27,118 nt of DNA from Bacteroidales bacterium (GTDB lineage: Bacteria > Bacteroidota > Bacteroidia > Bacteroidales > UBA3824): the NCBI GenBank assembly GCA_017530465.1, contig JAFXMJ010000367.1:1-27118 (forward strand), in the 5' to 3' direction. The notes beneath the pieces are model-generated. The model was not told where the DNA came from. It searched no databases and saw only the letters and a list, made by a program, of their open reading frames with translations. How positions within the stretch are numbered: the stretch's first letter is position 1; the number at the start of each line of letters is the position of its first letter. Shown piece after piece: positions 1 through 7,828 of the stretch. A program made the position numbers and the translations under genes.

Positions 1-1
1 C

Positions 2-1189
2 AAGGGTGAAGTGATGGATAAGACAGGCCCCGCTCGACGTTGCAACGGTGCGATGCTCGCGTATCCCAATATAAAGAACTCCGATGTGCTGCTCTTTATC
101 ATAGGCGGCGAGGTAAGTACAGACGAATACACTGGCACAATATTCTATTACAGTACCAAGGAAAATAGGTTTGCACACCAAGCGGATCATCCGAATGCGG
201 GTGAAAAATTCACAAATTACGATGAGAATGGCAATCCAATCTACGAATGTGAATATGAGAAAAACGAAGACGGTTCGTACAAATTGGATTCAGACAACAA
301 CAAAATTCCCGCAAGGAATGACGACGGCTCTATCAAGTATGTACTTGACGATTATGGTCAGCCCAAGGTTTTGCAGACTCAGTCAACTCGTTATTACATA
401 GAGAGGTTGCCATTGTACAAAGATATTCAGAACGGCAAACAATACTACGGACTTGCAGGATGTGTTGCGTTCACATTGGCAGATAGAGGTTTTACAAAGT
501 ATTTTGTAGCATTTGGCAAGACAGATATGTCCTCCGATGGTCAGAAGCACATTTCGACAGTTGTATATGAGTATGACCCTATGTATGACAAAGATCGTCA
601 GGGACCAGACCTCCTTTATCCCGCTTGGAAGAATCTCTCCACCGTTAATGACAATACTGTAGAAGGTTTCTATCAGCCTGTATGTGTAAGGTGCGGCGAC
701 AGGGTAATTGTCGGTTCTGGTGAAAGCAGCAACAAAGGTCTTTCAAAGAATTTCTACCAGCTTTCATATTCAATCACCAACCAGAATATAAGGATGGAAA
801 AACTTTCAACAGAAGGTTTGGAAGATTTTAAGCCAAGGGCTGCAGCTGCTGCGTTCCACCTCAGTTATACAAAGAGTGGTGCATCGTATGACAGATTTTA
901 TGTAGGCACTGGACGTACTTGTCTCGAATCTGAATACATTGGTGAACCCGAACAGCTCCTCAACGACTTCTGGTGCTATGATTTCGTGTCTCGGAAGTGG
1001 TCTCAAAAGCGTGATTGTTCCAATATTCTCCGCCAGGGTGCTGTTGGATTCACAATCAAACGCGCCGACGACATTTTTGTGAAGGATTTTGGCGAAACCA
1101 ACGAGCGTGGTATGTTCTCATTCGGTGATGGCTATATCTCGGGAACTGGCACAAGCACGCTCAACGACAATTGGGAGTACATCCCGTAA
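2..1189 (+). CDS. Kelch/galactose-oxidase-type beta-propeller protein, 5' truncated by the window edge
   Basis: The frame is open from position 2 with no stop before the GTG at 11. Kelch-like blades: LFIIGG, IVGSG, FYVGTG...LLNDFWCYD, RQGAVGF, LNDNWEYIP. The sequence is visibly more AT-rich than the core genes. Confidence 0.65.
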   Translation, partial: KGEVMDKTGPARRCNGAMLAYPNIKNSDVLLFIIGGEVSTDEYTGTIFYYSTKENRFAHQADHPNAGEKFTNYDENGNPIYECEYEKNEDGSYKLDSDNNKIPARNDDGSIKYVLDDYGQPKVLQTQSTRYYIERLPLYKDIQNGKQYYGLAGCVAFTLADRGFTKYFVAFGKTDMSSDGQKHISTVVYEYDPMYDKDRQGPDLLYPAWKNLSTVNDNTVEGFYQPVCVRCGDRVIVGSGESSNKGLSKNFYQLSYSITNQNIRMEKLSTEGLEDFKPRAAAAAFHLSYTKSGASYDRFYVGTGRTCLESEYIGEPEQLLNDFWCYDFVSRKWSQKRDCSNILRQGAVGFTIKRADDIFVKDFGETNERGMFSFGDGYISGTGTSTLNDNWEYIP

Positions 1190-1230
1190 ACAGTAGTCCG
1201 ATTTGTTAAACGAAATTAAATGTTATCATT

Positions 1231-1992
1231 ATGAAAAAGATATTTCTGATAATAATCATGGCATTGGTTGCCACGTTGCCCGCAATGTCGCAAGGTATCG
1301 GCATGGAAGGCATCAGCAAGTCGGAGTACCGCTACTGGAACTTCGTGATGGGCGTCAACTTGGGTTTCGGCGGCTCATTGGGCAAGAGCTCCTCCGACAT
1401 GTACCTGAGGACCAATGAGGGCGACTTCCCGCAAGAGAAAAAGGGATTCACCATAACGCCCGGCTATCACGTGGGTTTTGTGTACAATTACGACCTGCTC
1501 AACAACAGGATGGGCGTAGTGGCTGGATTGGAGTACATCAATTACGGTGTGCAAAACAACTACTGCTCCACTGTCAACGACCTGAAGGTGAAGACCACCT
1601 ACCGCGCAGCAGGTGTTGCAATCCCAATCTTGTTCAAATTCAGCAGCAGCGACATCTATCGCGATATGAAGTACACTTGCGTCGGCATCAAACCCATCAT
1701 CAATATGGGCGTAATGCAGAAGCAGAAGGCTGACGGCTGGACTGCCGACAATTGCGGCCGCAAGGTGGACGACAAAAACACCTTTGCAATGGCGGCTACA
1801 TTCGGTTTCAATTACAGCATGCTGAGCGTCAATGTCGATTATATGTTCAAGGAATTTGTGAAGACCGACGATTTCAAGGGTCACATCTTCCTCTGCGTAA
1901 GCTACAATCTGCCTATGACACGCTGGCTCTGCATCCACAACTGGACAGCAGAAAAAATCCGTCGCAAAATCAAAGGCAGAAGCGGTATGTAA
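1231..1992 (+). CDS. Outer-membrane beta-barrel (porin/PorT-like family) protein
   Basis: Signal peptide MKKIFLIIIMALVATLPAMSQ. Amphipathic strands GYHVGFVYNY, GLEYINYG, IPILFKF, TFGFNY, LCVSYNL. Confidence 0.75.
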   Translation: MKKIFLIIIMALVATLPAMSQGIGMEGISKSEYRYWNFVMGVNLGFGGSLGKSSSDMYLRTNEGDFPQEKKGFTITPGYHVGFVYNYDLLNNRMGVVAGLEYINYGVQNNYCSTVNDLKVKTTYRAAGVAIPILFKFSSSDIYRDMKYTCVGIKPIINMGVMQKQKADGWTADNCGRKVDDKNTFAMAATFGFNYSMLSVNVDYMFKEFVKTDDFKGHIFLCVSYNLPMTRWLCIHNWTAEKIRRKIKGRSGM

Positions 1993-2027
1993 GAATAGTT
2001 TTCATGATAATAGATTTTTTGTCAAGT

Positions 2028-2060
2028 GCATCCGCAGATTATGTCTGCGGGTGTTTTTTT
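2028..2060 (+). terminator. Rho-independent terminator
   Basis: Stem CATCCGCAGA / TCTGCGGGTG with one G-U pair and a 5-nt loop, followed by a T run, 36 nt after the barrel gene stop. Confidence 0.85.
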
Positions 2061-2085
2061 ATTTCTGTATCTCGTATAAAAATGT

Positions 2086-2093
2086 TACCTTTG
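2086..2093 (+). promoter_or_regulatory. Bacteroidota housekeeping-sigma -7 element (TACCTTTG)
   Basis: Matches the TAnnTTTG consensus, 33 nt upstream of the ATG at 2127 and just after a terminator. Confidence 0.75.
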
Positions 2094-2126
2094 CGGCGTG
2101 TTTTAGTAAACAATTGATATAAAAAA

Positions 2127-2438
2127 ATGGAAGTTCACGGCAGAAACGAAAGCAATTCAAAGCTAAACAATATCGCGGCTGGCATCGGTGTGGGTCTTGC
2201 AGTGCCTATGCTGGTGTTTGTGCTGTATTGGTACGTAAAATTTTACCCTCAGTTTACGCTTGGCGGGATGTTCTCGCAGTTTAAGGCTGAGGCGTTGATG
2301 AAAATGATAAGCCTGTGCGCCTCTCCGGTGCTGCTGGTGTTTTATTATTTCAATAAGAGGCAGTGGGATCAGGGAGCCAAAGGCATCATAATATCCGTGG
2401 TGCTGCTGCTTGTAGCCACGCTCATCATCAAAATCTGA
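2127..2438 (+). CDS. Small integral membrane protein (about 3 TM helices), function unknown
   Basis: 103 aa with three hydrophobic segments, an A-rich translation start and its own promoter motif. Confidence 0.75.
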   Translation: MEVHGRNESNSKLNNIAAGIGVGLAVPMLVFVLYWYVKFYPQFTLGGMFSQFKAEALMKMISLCASPVLLVFYYFNKRQWDQGAKGIIISVVLLLVATLIIKI

Positions 2439-2444
2439 CATTTT

Positions 2445-4346
2445 ATGCGCGTCTTGCCCATCATAATAGCGATTTTGCTGCCGCTCACCATGTTTGCGCA
2501 GGTGAAGGAGGTGGTGCTCAACGAGAGTTTTGCCGACAATGGCGCGGGGTGGCCAGAGGACTACACCGACGATTATTCGGCGAGCGTCAATGCGGGCACT
2601 TATTACCTCGTGCACAAGCGCAACTCCGGCTCCAAAATTTTTGACGTGCCTATTAGGATGTACCTCGGTGAAAATTATTATATCGAGATGGATGGCAAGT
2701 GCAATGAGGGCTCGGCGGAAGGCGGCTGCGGCATTGTGTGGGGCAAGGGTAGGGGAGGCTACTTTGCATTTGTGATTACGCCGGGCGGACGTTTCTTCGT
2801 GCGCAAGATGAAGGCGGGTGAGGCTGGCAAATTTCTCCTCGGGCCTAAGAGTTGCCCATATATCCACAAGGTTGCGCCTGTGGAAGGTGTCAAAGGCGCA
2901 TATACCAAGCCTTACAACAAGATTCGCGTCCAGTATTCCAATGATGAACTCATGTTTTTCATCAACGACCATTATGTCGGGCATATACCCAACGAGCGGT
3001 ATTTTGGCAACAATGCAGGAGTCATCTTGTATGGACGCCAGAACGTGGAAATCAAGAAGTTTGGAGCCTTTGGCACCAAGATTTACGAGAGGGTCAAGGA
3101 TTACAGCGCGGCTATGCGCGTGATTACATACGAGATAGAAGACGGCGTAGAGCCCAATGGCGAGCGTCTTGGCAACGGCGACTGCCGAGTGTCGCCAGGC
3201 GAAACCATCAGACTTGCCGTCACTATGAAAAACCAAGGCTACGGCAAGTGCGACGGCCTCAAAGCCACTTTCTATTCCGTGGGTGGACACGTGACGGTGA
3301 TAGACCAGGACGTGCCGCAGTATCTCAACGACCTCGACCGCAACGAGAGCCAGATACTTGACCTGAAATTCAAGGTGAGCCCCTCGTGTCCAAACACGCA
3401 TCTGTATTTCAGGATTGACCTTACGGACAGCAACGACAAACTTGCTGAGAGCGTGCCGATGACCGTGGTGCTCAACAATCCCATAACGCCAATCAATAGG
3501 GAAGGGGATGGCACGATTTCCTTTACCCTCAATCTGCGTGAGTCCGACACCCACGATATCAATGCCGGTCTGCCGTTCACTATGAACAATGCCGACAATA
3601 CTTACGTGGTCATTGTGGCTGTGGAGGGATACCAGCGTCTGCCAAAGGCTAAATACGCTGTCAACGATGCCAAGATATTCTACAATTATCTTGTAAAAGT
3701 GCTCAATGTGCCGCGCAACAACATCCTCTATGCCATCAATCAGAAGGCGACGCTCAAGGATGTTGTGGATATATTCAAGGTGCGAGGGCTATTGCAGTCT
3801 CGGGCATACGGCAAGCAGGGCATCGACCTAATATTTTATTTCACGGGTCTTGGAGTCTGCGGCAACAATGGTATGGAGCCTTGCCTGATGCTTTACGATT
3901 CCAATGCCGCAAACCCAGTGGAGACCGGCTACCCGCTTTCGTCGCTATTGAAGGCGTTGCACTCATACGATATACATTCGCTTATATGTTTTTTTGATAC
4001 GTCGTTTGCGGGTGTTGATAGGGACGGTGCTTCATTCGTATCGCCGGGCAGCTCGATAATATCCAATGCGGCGTTTCCTATGGTTACCGACCAGCGGACA
4101 TGCCTTATGTATGCGTCGGGTAGCAATCTGCCTAACCCCGTGGTTGACAATACTTCGCATGGAATGTTTACCCATTACCTGCTGTCCACGCTCAAAAATT
4201 ATGCTCAGGCTCGGTCGTATCTCGATATGAAACGTCTGTACGAGCAGATTTATCAAAATATGGAGCGCGAAGGCAATGCACGGCGCATTAGCATCTATCC
4301 CCGCATGGACTGCCAAAACGTGGACGGCATCAGGCTGTTGAAGTAG
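2445..4346 (+). CDS. Secreted multidomain protein: lectin/DUF1080-like beta-sandwich, Ig-like domain and C-terminal caspase (peptidase C14)-fold domain lacking the His/Cys dyad
   Basis: Signal peptide ends MFA-Q. The C-terminal region has NTYVVIVAVEGY...AKYAVNDAKIF...ATL...LIFYFTGLG...FFDTSFAG...HGMFTHYLL, matching the bacterial caspase-family pattern (YYAGHG, DACFSG). Confidence 0.75.
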   Translation: MRVLPIIIAILLPLTMFAQVKEVVLNESFADNGAGWPEDYTDDYSASVNAGTYYLVHKRNSGSKIFDVPIRMYLGENYYIEMDGKCNEGSAEGGCGIVWGKGRGGYFAFVITPGGRFFVRKMKAGEAGKFLLGPKSCPYIHKVAPVEGVKGAYTKPYNKIRVQYSNDELMFFINDHYVGHIPNERYFGNNAGVILYGRQNVEIKKFGAFGTKIYERVKDYSAAMRVITYEIEDGVEPNGERLGNGDCRVSPGETIRLAVTMKNQGYGKCDGLKATFYSVGGHVTVIDQDVPQYLNDLDRNESQILDLKFKVSPSCPNTHLYFRIDLTDSNDKLAESVPMTVVLNNPITPINREGDGTISFTLNLRESDTHDINAGLPFTMNNADNTYVVIVAVEGYQRLPKAKYAVNDAKIFYNYLVKVLNVPRNNILYAINQKATLKDVVDIFKVRGLLQSRAYGKQGIDLIFYFTGLGVCGNNGMEPCLMLYDSNAANPVETGYPLSSLLKALHSYDIHSLICFFDTSFAGVDRDGASFVSPGSSIISNAAFPMVTDQRTCLMYASGSNLPNPVVDNTSHGMFTHYLLSTLKNYAQARSYLDMKRLYEQIYQNMEREGNARRISIYPRMDCQNVDGIRLLK

Positions 4347-4350
4347 GAAC

Positions 4351-4427
4351 GAGGAGAGATTAAAGAGGAGAGAGGAAAGATTAAAGTGTAAAGTTTAAAG
4401 ATTAAAGATTAAAGATAAAAGAGTAAT
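4351..4427 (+). repeat. Degenerate 7-bp tandem array, family A, copy 1 (11 units)
   Basis: gaggaga gattaaa gaggaga gaggaaa gattaaa gtgtaaa gtttaaa gattaaa gattaaa gataaaa gagtaat. Confidence 0.85.
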
Positions 4428-4441
4428 AATTAAAAAAATCA

Positions 4442-6751
4442 ATGAAAAAATTCTTTGTTATATTATTGACTATGATATTGACTGTCACCGCCAATGCCCA
4501 GAGAGTCGGCGTTGTGTTTAGTGGTGGCGGTGCTAAGGGCTTGGCGCATATCGGCGTATTGAAAGCTCTTGAAGAAAACAACATTCCTATCGATTATGTG
4601 GCAGGTACGTCGATGGGCTCCATCATCGGTGCGTTGTATGCGTTGGGCTACACCACCGACGAGATGACGGAACTTTTCCATTCCAAGGATTTTTACAATT
4701 GGCTCAATGGCGTCACCGACAGCAATTTGAAATATTATTATATGGAGCAAGAACCTTCGGCGGCTTTCTTTTCGTTGAAGTTCAATAGGGACTCCACGTT
4801 CAGGGTCTATCTGCCCACCAACATCGTCTCGTCGTACCAGATGGACTTTGCCTACGAAGAGATAATGGGCCCGGGCGGTGCGGCTGCCAACTATGATTTC
4901 GATTCGTTGATGGTGCCTTTTCGCTGTGCCGCATCCGACGTGTATGCCAAAAAGTCGATTATCTTCGACCACGGCAATCTCTCCACTGCAGTGAGGGCGA
5001 GCATGGCTATTCCGTTGTATTTCAAGCCTGTAACATATAGCGACGGCATCCTCTTCGACGGCGGCATCTACAACAACTGCCCCCTCGACGCTATGAGGGA
5101 GGATTTCTCGCCTGATTATATCATCGGCATACAGGTATCGTGCAACAACGAAAACCCGTCGGAAGACGACCTTGTGGCGCAGATAGAAAATATGGTGATG
5201 GACCCGAGCAATTACACCATCGCCGCCGATTCGGGCATTATGTTGCAGCCTGATGTGCTCAATTATGGAACGTTGTCTTTCGACAAGTGCGATGAGCTTA
5301 TCGAACTCGGCTACAAGGAGACCATCGCCAAGATGGACAGCATCAAGAGCCAGATTTCGCGGCGTGTGTCGCCCGAGGAGTTGCAGGCAAAGCGAGCATC
5401 TTTCAAGGCAAAGCTCCCTCCGATGGTATTCAATTCCATCAATATCAGGGGCGTGAAGCATCTCCATGGGCAATACATATTGAAGTCGTTCAAGAAGTTT
5501 AAGAACGATACTCTTGGTCTCGATGATATGCGCAAGGAGTTTTACAAGGTGGCTGTGGATCCGACGATAGACCGCATCTATCCCACCACCACTTACAATC
5601 CTTACACCGAGGGCTATGCACTCAATCTCGACCTCTCGCGCAGCAAGAATGTTACGGCTAAGATAGGCGGCAACGTGTCCACTTCGGCGTCGTGCGAGGG
5701 TTTTGTGGAATTGGCGCACAAGTTTTATGGCTATATTCCCATCGAGGCAAGCGTCAATGGCTATTTTGGTCGTTTCTACACTTCGGGACGTGTGTATATG
5801 AGGGCGTATTTCCCTACGGAATTGAAGTTTAGCCTTGAGACTGCGTTCCAGCTCAATAGGTTTGACTATATGGAGGCTGACCCTGACGTATTTTTCATCG
5901 ATACGCGAAGCCCAACTTCCATCAAAAACGACCTTGAATACTACGCCAATGCTATTTTCCCGATAGCGATGGCGGGCAAACTTTCCGTAGGTGTGTCCAC
6001 GGGACGACTTTCGGAAAACTATTACCTTTCCCCGTCGTTTGAATCGTCATACAAGAAAGACAAGACTTACTTCAATTATGCCGGTGTGCATGCCACTTAC
6101 CAGCGTTACAAACTCGACCATTTTACGTATCCTACGCGAGGCACGTCTTTCATATTGCAAGTGAAGAGGACTGTGGCTGGCGAAAAATTCCGTCCGGGCA
6201 GTGTTATCGACGAGGAGAAGTACATTCCGGGCGACAGGGACAAGAAGTTTTGGGATGGTTATGCGGCATACGAAAATTACAATTGGAACTATGGCAAATG
6301 GTGCATCCCGTTGTCGTGTGAATTGAGCATCAGCGATCATTCCAAACTCTCTAATTCGATGGTGCAGATGCTTACCACCAATGCCTACCGCCCCACTGAA
6401 TATACCAAGACTATGGTCTTTGAAGATTACAGGGCTGATGTATATGTTGCTGCAAGCGTGGGCGCGATGTACAGGTTTAGCGACAGCTTTACGTGGCGCA
6501 TCAACGGCTATTATTTCCAGCCTTTTGACCAGGAGCGTCTGTATGTGCGAGAAGGCGAGTATGTCCTCGAAAAGACAAAGGAAAAGTTGGACGGATACCA
6601 GTATTTCTTCAATACGGCGTTTGTGTATCATACTATGCTCGGTCCCGTGGCGTTCAATCTCCGCTACGAGCCGCACGGCAAGAGCCACTTCTATTATATG
6701 TTCAATATCGGCTTTATGATTTACAACAAGAGCTGGTGGAATAGAAACTAA
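4442..6751 (+). CDS. Patatin-like phospholipase with C-terminal OM beta-barrel (PlpD-like)
   Basis: Signal peptide, intact GGGAKG, GTSMG and DGG motifs, a POTRA-like region and an aromatic-rich barrel C-terminus. Confidence 0.9.
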   Translation: MKKFFVILLTMILTVTANAQRVGVVFSGGGAKGLAHIGVLKALEENNIPIDYVAGTSMGSIIGALYALGYTTDEMTELFHSKDFYNWLNGVTDSNLKYYYMEQEPSAAFFSLKFNRDSTFRVYLPTNIVSSYQMDFAYEEIMGPGGAAANYDFDSLMVPFRCAASDVYAKKSIIFDHGNLSTAVRASMAIPLYFKPVTYSDGILFDGGIYNNCPLDAMREDFSPDYIIGIQVSCNNENPSEDDLVAQIENMVMDPSNYTIAADSGIMLQPDVLNYGTLSFDKCDELIELGYKETIAKMDSIKSQISRRVSPEELQAKRASFKAKLPPMVFNSINIRGVKHLHGQYILKSFKKFKNDTLGLDDMRKEFYKVAVDPTIDRIYPTTTYNPYTEGYALNLDLSRSKNVTAKIGGNVSTSASCEGFVELAHKFYGYIPIEASVNGYFGRFYTSGRVYMRAYFPTELKFSLETAFQLNRFDYMEADPDVFFIDTRSPTSIKNDLEYYANAIFPIAMAGKLSVGVSTGRLSENYYLSPSFESSYKKDKTYFNYAGVHATYQRYKLDHFTYPTRGTSFILQVKRTVAGEKFRPGSVIDEEKYIPGDRDKKFWDGYAAYENYNWNYGKWCIPLSCELSISDHSKLSNSMVQMLTTNAYRPTEYTKTMVFEDYRADVYVAASVGAMYRFSDSFTWRINGYYFQPFDQERLYVREGEYVLEKTKEKLDGYQYFFNTAFVYHTMLGPVAFNLRYEPHGKSHFYYMFNIGFMIYNKSWWNRN

Positions 6752-6754
6752 CTA

Positions 6755-7291
6755 TTATCTTAACCTCATTACCGCCGAAATCCCGTATTTGCCGCTGCCA
6801 AAAGTGGGCGATATGGAGATTTCGGCGTTTTGCGTTTGGTATTTCCGTGTGAAAATCAATGCCGTGCCTGCGCCCAACGCCGCGCCGCCGAGTACGTCCC
6901 AGATGTCGTGGCGGTCGGAGTATATGCGTCCCCAGCCTACGTATGTAGCCAAGGCGTATGCCGGTACGCCCCATTTCCAACCATAACGCATTGTCAGGAA
7001 TGTCGCGCCGTTGAATGCGGCGGCGGTGTGCGTGCTTGGAAAGGCGTGGTTGCCAGTGCCGTCGGGTCGCTCTTTGGTGATGGCCGCCTCAAGTCCGTAA
7101 TTGACGGCAATGCAAGTGGCGGAGGAGAGAGCAAGCTGCAACATGCCTTTCCTGTCGTGTCGTGTAATGGTATTGACGGCTGCCGTGGCTGACGGGACAA
7201 GGCAGAGGATGTCGGTGGATTTTTTTACGAACTGCGCCTGTGCGGCTGGCATCAAAAATAGCAGTAGGATTATTGTCGAGATTATTTTCAT
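6755..7291 (-). CDS. PAP2-family phosphatase (LpxE/PgpB-like)
   Basis: Motifs KERP, FPSTHT (variant of PSGH) and GRIYSDRHDIWD, with hydrophobic helices. Confidence 0.85.
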   Translation of the reverse strand: MKIISTIILLLFLMPAAQAQFVKKSTDILCLVPSATAAVNTITRHDRKGMLQLALSSATCIAVNYGLEAAITKERPDGTGNHAFPSTHTAAAFNGATFLTMRYGWKWGVPAYALATYVGWGRIYSDRHDIWDVLGGAALGAGTALIFTRKYQTQNAEISISPTFGSGKYGISAVMRLR

Positions 7292-7310
7292 TGTAATAGT
7301 CTATTTACAA

Positions 7311-7367
7311 ATAATGCATAATTCATAATGTTGTGTCGCCGTAGGGCAATTATGAATTATGCATTAT
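7311..7367. repeat. Palindromic heptamer-arm element, family B, copy 1
   Basis: Perfect 19-bp inverted repeat ATAATGCATAATTCATAAT (7311-7329) / ATTATGAATTATGCATTAT (7349-7367) around a 19-nt spacer. Extra TTATGCA-type units continue to about 7394. Confidence 0.9.
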
Positions 7368-7394
7368 GGTTTTCAATGATGCATTATGCATTAT

Positions 7395-7796
7395 TTAGAA
7401 CGGGAGGTCGTCGCCGCCTTGCTGAGGCTGCTCTGCTGGGCCTGTGGGTGCAGTAGGAGCGGCTGCCTGTGCGGGAGCTGCCTGAGGAGCTGCTGCTTGC
7501 GGCTGTGCGCTTGCTGCTGCTTGCGGACGTTCTATTTTCCAGCAGTTGAGGGTGTTGTACCACTTGCCCTGATATTCGCGTCCACGGATGTCAAACGATA
7601 CTTTCACGTATTCGCCTATCTGGAATTGGTCGAGCTGTACGCGGTCGCCATATACATTGAATACAGCGTTGGAGACGTATTGACCGGGGATTTCGATGAC
7701 GAAGTCCTGCGAAGTCCATTGATTGCCGCTTGCAGATACGCCGCTCCTCTTTTCGAGGAATTGTACGATTTTGCCTTCTACTTCTAATGCTGCCAT
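7395..7796 (-). CDS. DUF3127 family protein (SSB-like OB fold, acidic tail DDLPF)
   Basis: LEVEGKIVQ...W..QDFVIE...VKVSFDIRGREYQGKWYNTLNCWKIE, a Q/A/P linker and terminal DDLPF. Confidence 0.9.
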   Translation of the reverse strand: MAALEVEGKIVQFLEKRSGVSASGNQWTSQDFVIEIPGQYVSNAVFNVYGDRVQLDQFQIGEYVKVSFDIRGREYQGKWYNTLNCWKIERPQAAASAQPQAAAPQAAPAQAAAPTAPTGPAEQPQQGGDDLPF

Positions 7797-7828
7797 TTTG
7801 TAGTATTGTTATGAGTTTGTAATTGAAA

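Noticed and set aside
2163-3554. 463-aa minus-strand ORF
   Set aside because: It is antisense to two well-supported plus-strand genes and has no family features.
4351-4427. Possible CRISPR-like interpretation of the repeat arrays (also 7311-7394 and 18021-18160)
   Set aside because: The units are 7 bp with no regularly interspaced unique spacers, and there are no cas genes.
4463-5719. 418-aa minus-strand ORF
   Set aside because: It is the antisense shadow of the patatin gene.
6990-7090. PAP2 motif variants (PSTH for PSGH; motif-1 Lys apparently replaced) as a sign of inactivity
   Set aside because: The catalytic His residues and Arg of motifs 1-3 are retained, and I recall PSTH variants in other Bacteroidales PAP2 proteins.
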